A program made the position numbers and the translations under genes. Under the pieces are notes generated by a model, which saw nothing but the letters and a program-made list of their open reading frames with translations, did no database searches and had not been told where the DNA came from. From assembly GCA_018830005.1 (NCBI GenBank), contig JAHJTE010000002.1:267809-331808 (forward strand): 64,000 nucleotides of DNA, given 5' to 3'. Within the stretch, counting starts at the first letter, position 1. The number at the start of each line of letters is the position of its first letter. Positions 17,258 through 26,376 of the stretch are shown here, one piece after another. This DNA is from Candidatus Omnitrophota bacterium (lineage in GTDB: Bacteria > Omnitrophota > Gorgyraeia > JAHJTE01).

Positions 17258-18504
17258 CTTCTCTGCTCCTTTTTTTTCAGCAAAAAATTTATTCCATTGG
17301 CAGCAAAAATTAATACAAAAGATTCCACGGCCCACCTATGCCTTCCATCTAAATTATAAAGGGCATGTACTAAAGTTAACGTTACTAAAAATAAAACCAC
17401 TGAAATCGTACCATATTTGATACTTTGAGAAGTTAATCCTGTTGCAAACTTTTGATAAATTCCAAGAATAAAAAATGCCAAGATAAATATCCAGTAAAAT
17501 TTGTAAATATCAAAATAAACTTTCGGATACTCGAGGCCTTGTGTCGGAGTAAACCACCAGAAATATTTTATTTTTTTAAAATATAAAACCAATGACTCTA
17601 AAGGGTGCTGTTTAATAAACTCTAATCCCTGTTTATAAAAATATTCCTTTTGGCCAAATTCATCCATACTTAAAATAGTCTTACGAAATTCTTGCGGAGC
17701 AATTTCAAATATAAAATCTCCATTTAAGGTCTTATTTGTTCCGGTTGCATCTTCATTGTAACCTAACCAAAATGCAAGAGCTGAATCATTAGGCGATATT
17801 ACAACTCTATCAAAGACAATATAATTTCTAACCCACAATGGAAGCAAAACTACTGTTATGCTAATCAATATGAGTGTGATCACCCTGACGCATAACGCTT
17901 TATCATCTCGCAGCTTCAAAAAAATGAAAAGCAAAACAACAAATAAGAATGGAGCTATTGTAGAGCGACTAAGTAAGGCCGGTCCAAAAGTTATCCCAAA
18001 AAGTAAAGAGAATCTATCTATACTTTTTCTTTCTAAGATTTTTAAAAATAAAAAGAATTGTAGTGTAAAAAGAAAAGTATCCAATGTTAATGAGTGCAAT
18101 CTTACAGAATAAAAAATCAAACCGGGATGAAAACCAGCCAAGAACAATGACAATAAAGCTACTCTCTGATCAAAAAGTCTAAAAGATATTCTATATACCA
18201 AAAATAGAGTAATTAAAGAAATAATGATTTGCAAAATCTTTAAAGCTAGGTAGCTATGATTAGTAAGCGCATACACAAAACTACATAAAAGCGGATACAA
18301 GACCATATATGTTGATCTGTAGGGTGTATTATAAAATGTCCAAAATAATCCTTTGCCTTCTAATATATTATTGGCTATCTCTTCATACTCCCAAGTCATA
18401 GGAGCAGAGACTGGCTCAACTACGACTAAAGCAAACAGACGCACAATAAGTGCTATGAAAAAAATACTAATCAAAACTTTTCTATTATTATAATCAAATC
18501 TCAT
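17254..18504 (-). CDS. GT-C fold membrane glycosyltransferase (ArnT/PMT-like, GT39/GT83-type)
   Basis: 416 aa with ~11 TM helices, an acidic first extracytoplasmic loop (PMTWEYEEIANN), and an overall ArnT-like N-terminal layout. Confidence 0.5.
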   Translation of the reverse strand: MRFDYNNRKVLISIFFIALIVRLFALVVVEPVSAPMTWEYEEIANNILEGKGLFWTFYNTPYRSTYMVLYPLLCSFVYALTNHSYLALKILQIIISLITLFLVYRISFRLFDQRVALLSLFLAGFHPGLIFYSVRLHSLTLDTFLFTLQFFLFLKILERKSIDRFSLLFGITFGPALLSRSTIAPFLFVVLLFIFLKLRDDKALCVRVITLILISITVVLLPLWVRNYIVFDRVVISPNDSALAFWLGYNEDATGTNKTLNGDFIFEIAPQEFRKTILSMDEFGQKEYFYKQGLEFIKQHPLESLVLYFKKIKYFWWFTPTQGLEYPKVYFDIYKFYWIFILAFFILGIYQKFATGLTSQSIKYGTISVVLFLVTLTLVHALYNLDGRHRWAVESFVLIFAANGINFLLKKKEQRR

Positions 18505-18507
18505 TGA

Positions 18508-19644
18508 TCAAATCTTTATTTTATGCTGGCGCTTCTTCTGACAATCCTTGATAGCCCCAACAATATAGTCAATTTCTTTCTTTTTCAGATTCGAAGAAGA
18601 TGGCAGATACATCCCCTTGCGAGATAGCTCTTCGCTAACTGGAAATCTTTCCCTCCTATATAGTTTAAAATATATTGGCTGTAGATGGATTGGGATAAAA
18701 AATGTCCTAGTCTCAATGCCTTTTTTAGCCAGACAATATCTTAGATCATCTCGGGTTAGACCAAAATCATCTTCTATCAAAATAGAATACATCCAAAATA
18801 CGTTTTTTACCTCTTTCTTTTCTATGGGAAGAGTAATTCCCTTAACATTCTTAAGCAATGAACTATAATACTTAGCGTTTCTAATTCGGGCTTTTAGAAG
18901 TTTATCGAAGTTTTCAAGTTGAGCCAAACCAATACTAGCCGCAAGACCAGTTAACCTATAATTATAGCCTAAGTATTTATGCCAAAAATGTCTCTCTTTC
19001 GAAAAGGCATGATTTTTCAATATTTGAGCCATCTTAACAATTCTAGCATTGTTCGTTGTCAACATGCCCCCTTCTCCAGTGGTTATTATCTTGTTTGCAT
19101 AGAAACTAAAGCAACCCACATCCCCGATACCGCCTATTCTTCTGCCTTTATATTTAGCGCCGTGTGCCTCAGCAGCATCCTCAATCAAATAGAGTTTATA
19201 TCTTTTGGCGATTCTTTTAATCTCATCCATTTGTGCAGGATGACCATAGGTATGAACAATTATAATTGCTTTTGTCCTCTTTGTAATCTTTTCCTCGATT
19301 TTAGTCGGGTCGATATTGTAAGTTAGCGGTTCAATATCGACTAATATTGGTTTTGCCTCTAAATAGACAACCGCACTCGCCACCGCTATCATAGCAAAAG
19401 TAGGGATAATAACCTCATCACCCTTTTTAATACCCAAAGAAGCTAAGGCTAAATGCAATGCCGCTGTACCACTAGTGCAAGAGGTAGCATACTTAACTCC
19501 GCAAAGCTTAGCAAATCTATCTTCGAATTCGCGGATATATTTCTTGCCCGCAGAGGAAATCCAATTTGCCTTAATGCATTCTTTTGCATATTTTAATTCC
19601 TTATCACTTAAACAAGGCTCGCAGACCGGGATTATTCCAGACAT
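18508..19644 (-). CDS. DegT/DnrJ/EryC1/StrS-family PLP-dependent sugar aminotransferase
   Basis: ATSCTSGTAALHLAL and FSFYANKIITTGEGGM (PLP lysine) motifs. N-terminus MSGIIPVCEP... by family homology. The upstream in-frame ATGs at 19737 and 19779 are alternative starts; all have weak RBS. Confidence 0.85.
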   Translation of the reverse strand: MSGIIPVCEPCLSDKELKYAKECIKANWISSAGKKYIREFEDRFAKLCGVKYATSCTSGTAALHLALASLGIKKGDEVIIPTFAMIAVASAVVYLEAKPILVDIEPLTYNIDPTKIEEKITKRTKAIIIVHTYGHPAQMDEIKRIAKRYKLYLIEDAAEAHGAKYKGRRIGGIGDVGCFSFYANKIITTGEGGMLTTNNARIVKMAQILKNHAFSKERHFWHKYLGYNYRLTGLAASIGLAQLENFDKLLKARIRNAKYYSSLLKNVKGITLPIEKKEVKNVFWMYSILIEDDFGLTRDDLRYCLAKKGIETRTFFIPIHLQPIYFKLYRRERFPVSEELSRKGMYLPSSSNLKKKEIDYIVGAIKDCQKKRQHKIKI

Positions 19645-19747
19645 CTTTTTTGAAGCTAATAACTTAGGATCCTTGCGAGGAATTATATCCTTTATTCTTT
19701 TTAAATAATATTGGCTAAGCCTTGCTTCTTTCAGCATTTTTCTCTTA

Positions 19748-20746
19748 TTACTTGCGCCAAATCTTTTCCTCAGCGGCAATCTTAGTTTCCCATATCCACT
19801 TATTACCCATCTCCTTAAAGTGTTCTATAGTGCTTGCCAAGCCCTCTTTAAGAGATACCTTCGGCCTCCATCCTGTCAGTTTTTGGATCTTAGAATAATT
19901 ACATTGTAATCTGCTAACATCTAAAGGCCTTAAGCGAGTCTTCTCGATAACAATCTTTGCTTTCTCATATCCCATTAAACGAGTACAAGTTTTTGCCATC
20001 GCTTCAACGCTCCAATCCTTTCCTGTCCCGAGATTTACAACTTCACCCTCAGCTTCTCGACATTTCATCAATGCTATGGCACCCTGTGCAGCATCAAGGA
20101 CATAGGTCAAATCTCTCCTTGCTGTTATATTACCTAATTTTAATTCAGGGCCCTTAGCTAACTGAGTTATTATTTCAGGGATAATGTAAGGCTGAGTCTC
20201 TCTTGGTCCGTAGACATTAAATTGCCTTAAAATAATTACAGGAATACCTTGTTCATGATGTAAGGTATAACATAGTCTGTCGGCAGCTAATTTACTTACA
20301 GCATATGTAGAAAGAGGCCTTGTAGGATGATCCTCATCCATGGGGATATATTGAGCTGTTCCGTAAACTTCAGAGGTCGAATACTGTAATATCCTTTTTA
20401 CTTTAGCATCCCTACAAGCCAACAAGACATTTAATGCACCATTAGCGTTAACCTCAAAGAATTTCTGAGGTCGATAATAACAATGTGGGATATAAGGTTC
20501 AGCAGCTAAATTAAAGACATATTCTATTCTTTTCGCTTTCAAAATTCTAGTTAATCCTTTATCTAAAATATCTCCTTTAATAATATCTATGGGACTTCCC
20601 AGATCTTGAAGATTGGATATATCTCCACTTAAGAAGTTATCATAAACTATTACCTTGGCCTTCTCTTTCAAAAGCTCTCTGACTATACTTGAGCCAATGA
20701 ATCCTGCTCCACCAGTTACTAATACATTTCTATTCTTAAAATTCAT
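19748..20746 (-). CDS. NAD-dependent epimerase/dehydratase (extended SDR)
   Basis: VLVTGGAGFIGSSIVRELL, YAVSKLAAD catalytic YxxxK, 332 aa. Confidence 0.85.
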   Translation of the reverse strand: MNFKNRNVLVTGGAGFIGSSIVRELLKEKAKVIVYDNFLSGDISNLQDLGSPIDIIKGDILDKGLTRILKAKRIEYVFNLAAEPYIPHCYYRPQKFFEVNANGALNVLLACRDAKVKRILQYSTSEVYGTAQYIPMDEDHPTRPLSTYAVSKLAADRLCYTLHHEQGIPVIILRQFNVYGPRETQPYIIPEIITQLAKGPELKLGNITARRDLTYVLDAAQGAIALMKCREAEGEVVNLGTGKDWSVEAMAKTCTRLMGYEKAKIVIEKTRLRPLDVSRLQCNYSKIQKLTGWRPKVSLKEGLASTIEHFKEMGNKWIWETKIAAEEKIWRK

Positions 20747-20773
20747 GACTTAATTATAAAAAATAGTTAAAAA

Positions 20774-21520
20774 TTAATTTTTGCGAAATTTCAATCGTAA
20801 CGTCAGCAATATATATTTCCAACCTTTACTAATATAGTCCATCATGTTACTGCCTGTTTTTGAAATCCCGCTTCTTCTTGGTGCGCAATAATATGGAATC
20901 TCGATAATCTTATAGCCATATTGACGTGCCTTAAAGATAAAATCGATAAAATATTCGCCATAATATCCTTGGAATTTTATTTTTTCAAAAATCTCCCTCC
21001 TTGCTACAACAAATCCACTTGTATAGTCTTTAAAAGAACTTCCTAAAAGAAAGGATATAGAAGAATTCATTGCTCGGCTTAAAATCACTGCTATCCAGGA
21101 ATCAACTGGCCCCCTTATATCCTTACCACCTTTAATGAACCGAGAGCCTACACAGATATCATAACCCTCATGTACCTTATTAATTAATTCAACAAGCTTA
21201 AACGGAGGCATTGAAAAATCACAATCCATCCACGCCACAAGATTGCCTTTTGCAGCTTGAATCCCTGTCCATATTGCAGATGCCAATCCTTTCTGATTTA
21301 CCCTGCGAATTACCTTAACATTATCATTAGCATCAAAATAATTCTGCGCTATCTCCCAAGTCCTATCTGGAGAATCATCATCAACTACAATAAATTCAGG
21401 ACTAACGCCAATATTATTTTTAATATAAAGTTCTATCTCGCAAATAAGATCAGTTATATTTTCTGCTTCGTTGTAAGTAGGTAAAATTATGGAGATACTT
21501 TCATTGTTATTCTTTCCCAT
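20774..21520 (-). CDS. GT2 polyprenol-phosphate glycosyltransferase (DPM1/ArnC/GtrB-like)
   Basis: ISIILPTYNEAENI...FIVVDDDSPDRT (DxD-type) motifs and a short soluble GT-A domain of ~250 aa. Start at 21520 is supported by a GGAG RBS 5 nt upstream. Confidence 0.8.
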   Translation of the reverse strand: MGKNNNESISIILPTYNEAENITDLICEIELYIKNNIGVSPEFIVVDDDSPDRTWEIAQNYFDANDNVKVIRRVNQKGLASAIWTGIQAAKGNLVAWMDCDFSMPPFKLVELINKVHEGYDICVGSRFIKGGKDIRGPVDSWIAVILSRAMNSSISFLLGSSFKDYTSGFVVARREIFEKIKFQGYYGEYFIDFIFKARQYGYKIIEIPYYCAPRRSGISKTGSNMMDYISKGWKYILLTLRLKFRKN

Positions 21521-21713
21521 CTTCACTCCAATAATAACCGCAATCTTCTCGAGCAACTCCTGACATACTTTTATCTTTAGGGTCTATAGGATAGACCTTG
21601 CAGAAAAAAGGCTGCCTCTCATAGACTTGGCATCTTCCACCTTTAAAATGTCTACACCATGACTTATTTAGAAGGCAACAGCGGCCGCATTTTTTGCATT
21701 CTCCTTTGCGCAT
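21507..21713 (-). CDS. YkgJ-family (UPF0153) Cys-cluster, putative Fe-S/zinc-binding protein
   Basis: MRKGECKKCGRCC...CRHFKGGRCQVYERQPFFCKVYP carries the CxxCGxCC...C...C pattern of PF03692-type proteins. I prefer the short start, since the longer ORF-track N-terminus is low-complexity. Confidence 0.5.
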   Translation of the reverse strand: MRKGECKKCGRCCLLNKSWCRHFKGGRCQVYERQPFFCKVYPIDPKDKSMSGVAREDCGYYWSEDGKE

Positions 21714-21871
21714 CGATAAAGAATTATTCACATAGCGTGGCCGGAAAAGAACAAGAAAACGGCGTCGAAATCCAGAACGCAAAACAACTAAAAAATTAAC
21801 TTTTTTATTTGAGTCTACCATAATTAAACAAATGCAACTAAATTTCCAGAATGTATTATTTATAATTGTTT

Positions 21872-23293
21872 CTATAAATTATATATAGCAAAAAATCCCC
21901 TTATCTGCCCTTTTAACTCCGTAAAGGATCTTATGGATACTAACCTTTTCAAAATGTAAGATGATCGAAGGTAGAATGCCCTATTGGCAAAATCTAAAAA
22001 TTCTTTAAATTCTTCCTTAGTCATGGATTCTGGAGTAAACATTATTGCAGAATGATCTAGGATACTGCAACCTTTGCTAAAATCAAATTCATAGCCTCTC
22101 TTTAGGAGTGTCAGGTAAAGCTCTGTTCCAGGCAGAGGAACAAACTTATTAAAATGTGCATAATCGAGCCTTAACTTAATAGCGAAATCTAAAGTGCGCC
22201 TTAAGCTCTCCATAGTTTCTCCTGGGGTGCCAACAATAAAATCGGCGCGGACACTCAATCCAGCTCTATGGGCCAACTTAACTGCTCTCTCATTTTGCTC
22301 AACAGTATTTCCTTTATTAAGTGCTTTCAACATCCTCGCATCGCCAGATTCCAAACCATATAGAACTTGCCAACAACCAGCCTGCTTCATTGCTTTTAGT
22401 AAACCTTCGGAAATCGCAGTTACTTTAGTCAGACAAGTCCAGGGTATCTTAATTTTCTTCTCTTTGAACTTTGCACATATTTCTAAGACCCTTTTCTCAT
22501 TTAAGGTAAAGGTGTCATCAAAAAATCTTAATTCTCTGGCACCAAATTTAAATATTAACTCTTCTATCTCTGCGATTATATTATCTGGGGTACGCTCTCT
22601 ATAGCTACTGCCAAATACACCGCGGTCGCAGAAAGTGCATCTTGAAGGACATCCTCTTGTAGTTATTAGTACGCCTAAAGGTAATCTTCTATATGAGGCT
22701 GGCGTGGGTTTATAAGCTTCAAGCGGCGGCAATAAGTGCCTAGCTGGAAAAGATAAAGAATCTAAATCTGTTACGAATTCTCTAGGCCTGGTTTCTATTA
22801 CCTTACCATTTTCTTTATATACAATCCCATTTATGTCTCTAAGATCAGTGAGTCCCTTATTTTGAATTCTCTTTATTAGCTCTAAAAAAGTAACCTCGCC
22901 CTCTCTCATAACTCCAACATCAAAATAAGGGCATTCCATCGTCTCTTTTGACATAGCAGTAAGATGAGGCCCGCCTACAACAATTATTGCGTCTGGCAAT
23001 GACACTTTAATATTCTCAGCCACTTTCTTTACGCTCTCAAAAACCGGAGTTGTACCAGTAATGCCAATTACATCTGGCCTCTCTCGCATCAATAGTCCAA
23101 TCAATTCTGAATGCGAAATTCTAATACTGCAATCAATTATCTTAACATCATAGCCCTCCTCCTCCAGAGTAGCTGCCAAATAAGCAAGACCCAATGAAGG
23201 GATAACATTAACCACTGACTTCATGCTCCTTGTTTTGCCAACCAAATCGTCTGTGGTAATCGGCGGCTCTATAAGGGTAATCTTCATTCCCAT
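21872..23293 (-). CDS. B12-binding-domain radical SAM protein (class B rSAM)
   Basis: N-terminal Rossmann-like cobalamin domain (DVIGITGTT...IIVVGGPHLTAM), then the TTRGCPSRCTFCDRG CxxxCxxC radical SAM motif. Confidence 0.85.
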   Translation of the reverse strand: MGMKITLIEPPITTDDLVGKTRSMKSVVNVIPSLGLAYLAATLEEEGYDVKIIDCSIRISHSELIGLLMRERPDVIGITGTTPVFESVKKVAENIKVSLPDAIIVVGGPHLTAMSKETMECPYFDVGVMREGEVTFLELIKRIQNKGLTDLRDINGIVYKENGKVIETRPREFVTDLDSLSFPARHLLPPLEAYKPTPASYRRLPLGVLITTRGCPSRCTFCDRGVFGSSYRERTPDNIIAEIEELIFKFGARELRFFDDTFTLNEKRVLEICAKFKEKKIKIPWTCLTKVTAISEGLLKAMKQAGCWQVLYGLESGDARMLKALNKGNTVEQNERAVKLAHRAGLSVRADFIVGTPGETMESLRRTLDFAIKLRLDYAHFNKFVPLPGTELYLTLLKRGYEFDFSKGCSILDHSAIMFTPESMTKEEFKEFLDFANRAFYLRSSYILKRLVSIRSFTELKGQIRGFFAIYNL

Positions 23294-23308
23294 TTATCTT
23301 GCCTTAAG

Positions 23309-25177
23309 CTAAATATAGCCTTGAAAATAATAGTAAATTATTCCTAGATACTCATGCAAAATGCCTTTTAGCTGCTGAAGGCTTATCTGTTTTAGAACTT
23401 TTTTGCCTTCCTGATTAATGCCATGACTATAGAACAGACTCTTGGTTATTGGTGTATATAGTACTTCTGTGTCTGGTGCATTTTTTCTAAATACCAGTGA
23501 AACGCGGCGCATATGATAGGGAGAACTGATTAAAAGAATTTCCTTCCAGTCATTTCTTTCTAGAATCTCTCCTGTAAACAATACATTCTCATATGTATTT
23601 TTTGCTTTATCTTCTAAGATTATGCGTCCTTCTGGCATACCCAAGGATACAGCTAAGGCCTTCATGACCTGTGGTTCATGAAATATATAGGTATAACCTG
23701 AAGAAAATATCAAATGATTAGCATATCCTTTTCTGTATAATCTGACTGCATGCTGAACCCGCTCTTGATATCCCTGTCCAGCCATTCCTGATTCTCCCAC
23801 GCCACCAGCAAAAACAACTATAGCGTCAGCCTTCTGGAAGGCATCAGAAATCATCAATGGCCTTGCGCAAAACCAAACTAAAGGAGTGTAAAATATAAAT
23901 AGATAAGTAAACAAGATAGCAAGGCCTAAACTTAGAGCCCTTTTTCGTGCTGTCTTATAAAATGTAAGCAGGCTCCTCTGCCAATCAACTGAAGTCTTGA
24001 GTCCTTTCTTTAAAATATCTTCTAGTAAATTACTCATCTGGGCTATCCTTTGAGTCCAACTATTCTTGCTGGCAGAGGTTATTCGTTTATTTATCTGGCC
24101 GCTGTCTTTATTGTTAACTGCTTTGGAAATGCAATTAGCAAATTCCTCACTTGTTTTTCCTACTAAGACTAGCTTATCGAATTCAGCATTGAATTCCTCA
24201 ATCTCCGGCAAATCTGTTGAAACAACGAACTTACCCATTGCATGATATTCATTCAATTTAGTCGGGTAAACATTTTTAGTATAATCGGCGATTAGGTAAG
24301 GAATAATACATACATCAAAATTCTTTATAAGAAAAGGTAGTTTATTGTGATCTTTTTTTCCCAAAAAATAAATATTCTTTAAATGTGTCAATGTCGATAT
24401 CTTTGTTTGTATGGGTCCGACAAAAACAAACGAATAGTCTGGAAACTCCCAAGCTAAGTCTCTGACCAATTTTTGATCAATCCACTTATGAATCCCTCCT
24501 ACATAACCTATAATCGGCCTTTTAATACCTTTTAGTTCATCTAAGGAGTAGACATTATCAGAGCGTGCCTTTTCAAACTTTTCAAAATTTACGGCAAAAG
24601 GAAATTTATAGACCTTATCGCTATATCTGGAACAATAATTAAAAAGATGAGTTGAGGTTACAAATACTAAATCAGCTTTTCTTAAAAGGGCCTTCTCAGA
24701 TTTTCTAATTTTTTTAGCCGAAACTGAGCTAACTGTAAAACTGTCAATACAATAATAAATAAGAATTTTCTTATTAAGGTTATCAATTATGTCTAGACTT
24801 AAGGGCGTAGGCAAAAATGTCCACACGATGGGACTATTGAAATTCATTATCTTCATCCATTTATCTAAAACAGGCAAAATCAGATGACGGTTAATAAATC
24901 TTGCAATTCGAGAATAAGGAAACGGCAAAACTAAAGGTGAATATATATAAAGATTTTCTCTTTCTTGTCTAATTCCCTTTATACCTTTGAACCAGTTTTT
25001 AATTCTTTGTCTGATTCTGGAAATATCCTTTATCCCAGGCGGACGTACTCCGGTATTCTCAATAAAAAGAACTTTATTGCCGTTGGCGGCTAAAGTTGAC
25101 ATAATCTCCTGGTGCCCCTGCCAAATGAAATCCCAATCAATGCTTGATATACAAATTATATTCTCACCTTTGAGCAT
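23309..25177 (-). CDS. Fusion protein: TuaH-like GT-B glycosyltransferase (GT4) N-terminal region + C-terminal DUF218/YdcF (ElyC-like) domain
   Basis: N-terminus NIICISSIDWDFIWQGHQEIM (TuaH-like). After a TM segment, the C-terminal ~200 aa holds ADAIVVFAGGVGESG...SGYTYIFHEPQVM...NTYENVLF, typical of DUF218. Confidence 0.65.
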   Translation of the reverse strand: MLKGENIICISSIDWDFIWQGHQEIMSTLAANGNKVLFIENTGVRPPGIKDISRIRQRIKNWFKGIKGIRQERENLYIYSPLVLPFPYSRIARFINRHLILPVLDKWMKIMNFNSPIVWTFLPTPLSLDIIDNLNKKILIYYCIDSFTVSSVSAKKIRKSEKALLRKADLVFVTSTHLFNYCSRYSDKVYKFPFAVNFEKFEKARSDNVYSLDELKGIKRPIIGYVGGIHKWIDQKLVRDLAWEFPDYSFVFVGPIQTKISTLTHLKNIYFLGKKDHNKLPFLIKNFDVCIIPYLIADYTKNVYPTKLNEYHAMGKFVVSTDLPEIEEFNAEFDKLVLVGKTSEEFANCISKAVNNKDSGQINKRITSASKNSWTQRIAQMSNLLEDILKKGLKTSVDWQRSLLTFYKTARKRALSLGLAILFTYLFIFYTPLVWFCARPLMISDAFQKADAIVVFAGGVGESGMAGQGYQERVQHAVRLYRKGYANHLIFSSGYTYIFHEPQVMKALAVSLGMPEGRIILEDKAKNTYENVLFTGEILERNDWKEILLISSPYHMRRVSLVFRKNAPDTEVLYTPITKSLFYSHGINQEGKKVLKQISLQQLKGILHEYLGIIYYYFQGYI

Positions 25178-25191
25178 AGGTCTCTATCCTT

Positions 25192-26256
25192 TTATTTACC
25201 TTCCATTATTACTTTTGCAATAAGCTTTGCTAATAACTCATTGCCTTCAGCACTAAGGTGAACAATATCTAAGAATAAATGTGGCTTCTCCTCGATAAGC
25301 TTCGCAGCATCAATAAAATCTATATTATTCTCTTTCGCAATTATCTCCATTTGTTTATTGTAATAACGCTGTTTTATCAAAGGGCTGATAGAACTATCGA
25401 AAGTATCTCGATACATAATTTCTAATTTATCCAAATCGTTAGGGAAATTAACATCAGATAACATTGGTTCATTAAACAAAATCACCTTTATACCTTTCTC
25501 TTTAGCCAACTTAATTATGCGTTCAAGATAATACTTATAATAATGTGGTATACTTTTATTATAAAAAATAAAGAATGGTCTAGAGTCATTGCGTTTTAAT
25601 GCCGAATATTTTTCGAGTAAAAGTGTATAGAGCATTGACCTATAATATAAGGAACTATGCAGCTTATACCAAAAGTTTTTTATCTGGGGAGTAACAAAAA
25701 GTGCGTCATTTATTGATTCAGATATTATAATTATATCGGGTTCATAATTAATAATTTCATTGCTAAATAATTCATAAATATGATACGTTAAAGCGGTGGG
25801 CAGGCCGCAATTTATTACCTCATATTTTCTTCCTGAGTTTTTCAACAGTTCATTCAAATAATAAGGGTAGGTTTGGTTATCAACTACGCCCAAACCAAAG
25901 GTTGTTGAGCAACCGAGAGCAAAAATTCTCTTAATGTCCTTTGATTTTGTTGTAGAAAATTCATAACCCCTAAATCCTAGGGAATTAATAGTATAAGAAA
26001 ATGGCAAACTTAGCATTTCATATTTGCCTGGTGTGAACTTATAATAACTACCATAATTTACTTTCCTACTTGTGATTTTGTGTTCCTTTGCCATATAATC
26101 TTTTTTAGGCATTTTTGTTATTTCTATAGCATACCTCAAATACTCGCTATTACCAGTTTTGCGCCATACATAAACGCGCAATAAAATCTCTATCATTATA
26201 AAGAAAATAAAACAGGCTAAAATTACAAAAACTAATTTCTTAAACACCTCTATCAC
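25192..26256 (-). CDS. Membrane-anchored SGNH/GDSL-fold hydrolase-type protein
   Basis: N-terminal TM helix; block I IFALGCSTTFGLG, block III IIISESINDA, block V LDIVHLSAEGN (DxxH). Paralog class of the 2181..3239 gene. Confidence 0.55.
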   Translation of the reverse strand: MIEVFKKLVFVILACFIFFIMIEILLRVYVWRKTGNSEYLRYAIEITKMPKKDYMAKEHKITSRKVNYGSYYKFTPGKYEMLSLPFSYTINSLGFRGYEFSTTKSKDIKRIFALGCSTTFGLGVVDNQTYPYYLNELLKNSGRKYEVINCGLPTALTYHIYELFSNEIINYEPDIIIISESINDALFVTPQIKNFWYKLHSSLYYRSMLYTLLLEKYSALKRNDSRPFFIFYNKSIPHYYKYYLERIIKLAKEKGIKVILFNEPMLSDVNFPNDLDKLEIMYRDTFDSSISPLIKQRYYNKQMEIIAKENNIDFIDAAKLIEEKPHLFLDIVHLSAEGNELLAKLIAKVIMEGK

Positions 26257-26265
26257 CCCTTTTCC

Positions 26266-26376
26266 TTAATTGATCAAGCTATCTTCATTTATGCTTTTTT
26301 TAAAAACATGGTAGACCTGCCAGATAAAATCCCAATCAATACTGGACAGGCAAATTATATTTTCGCTCTTTGACAT
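26266..26376 (-). pseudogene. 36-codon relic of the N-terminus of a TuaH-like glycosyltransferase
   Basis: Minus-strand ATG at 26376 encodes MSKSENIICLSSIDWDFIWQVYHVFKKSINEDSLIN* versus MLKGENIICISSIDWDFIWQGHQEIM at the start of the 23309..25177 gene. The DNA similarity (cagataaaatcccaatcaatactgg / caaatgaaatcccaatcaatgcttg) is visible. Confidence 0.5.

Noticed and set aside
17258..17335. N-terminal extensions suggested by the ORF track (15974..17335, 18508..19779, 20774..21556, 21507..21821, 49522..50559, 61061..61843)
   Set aside because: The extended N-termini are basic or low-complexity, overlap the upstream gene, or run through a tandem repeat. Internal starts give family-typical N-termini and, for 17257 and 21520, have clear AGGAG/GGAG ribosome-binding sites. 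The longer forms stay possible for 19737/19779 and 50559.
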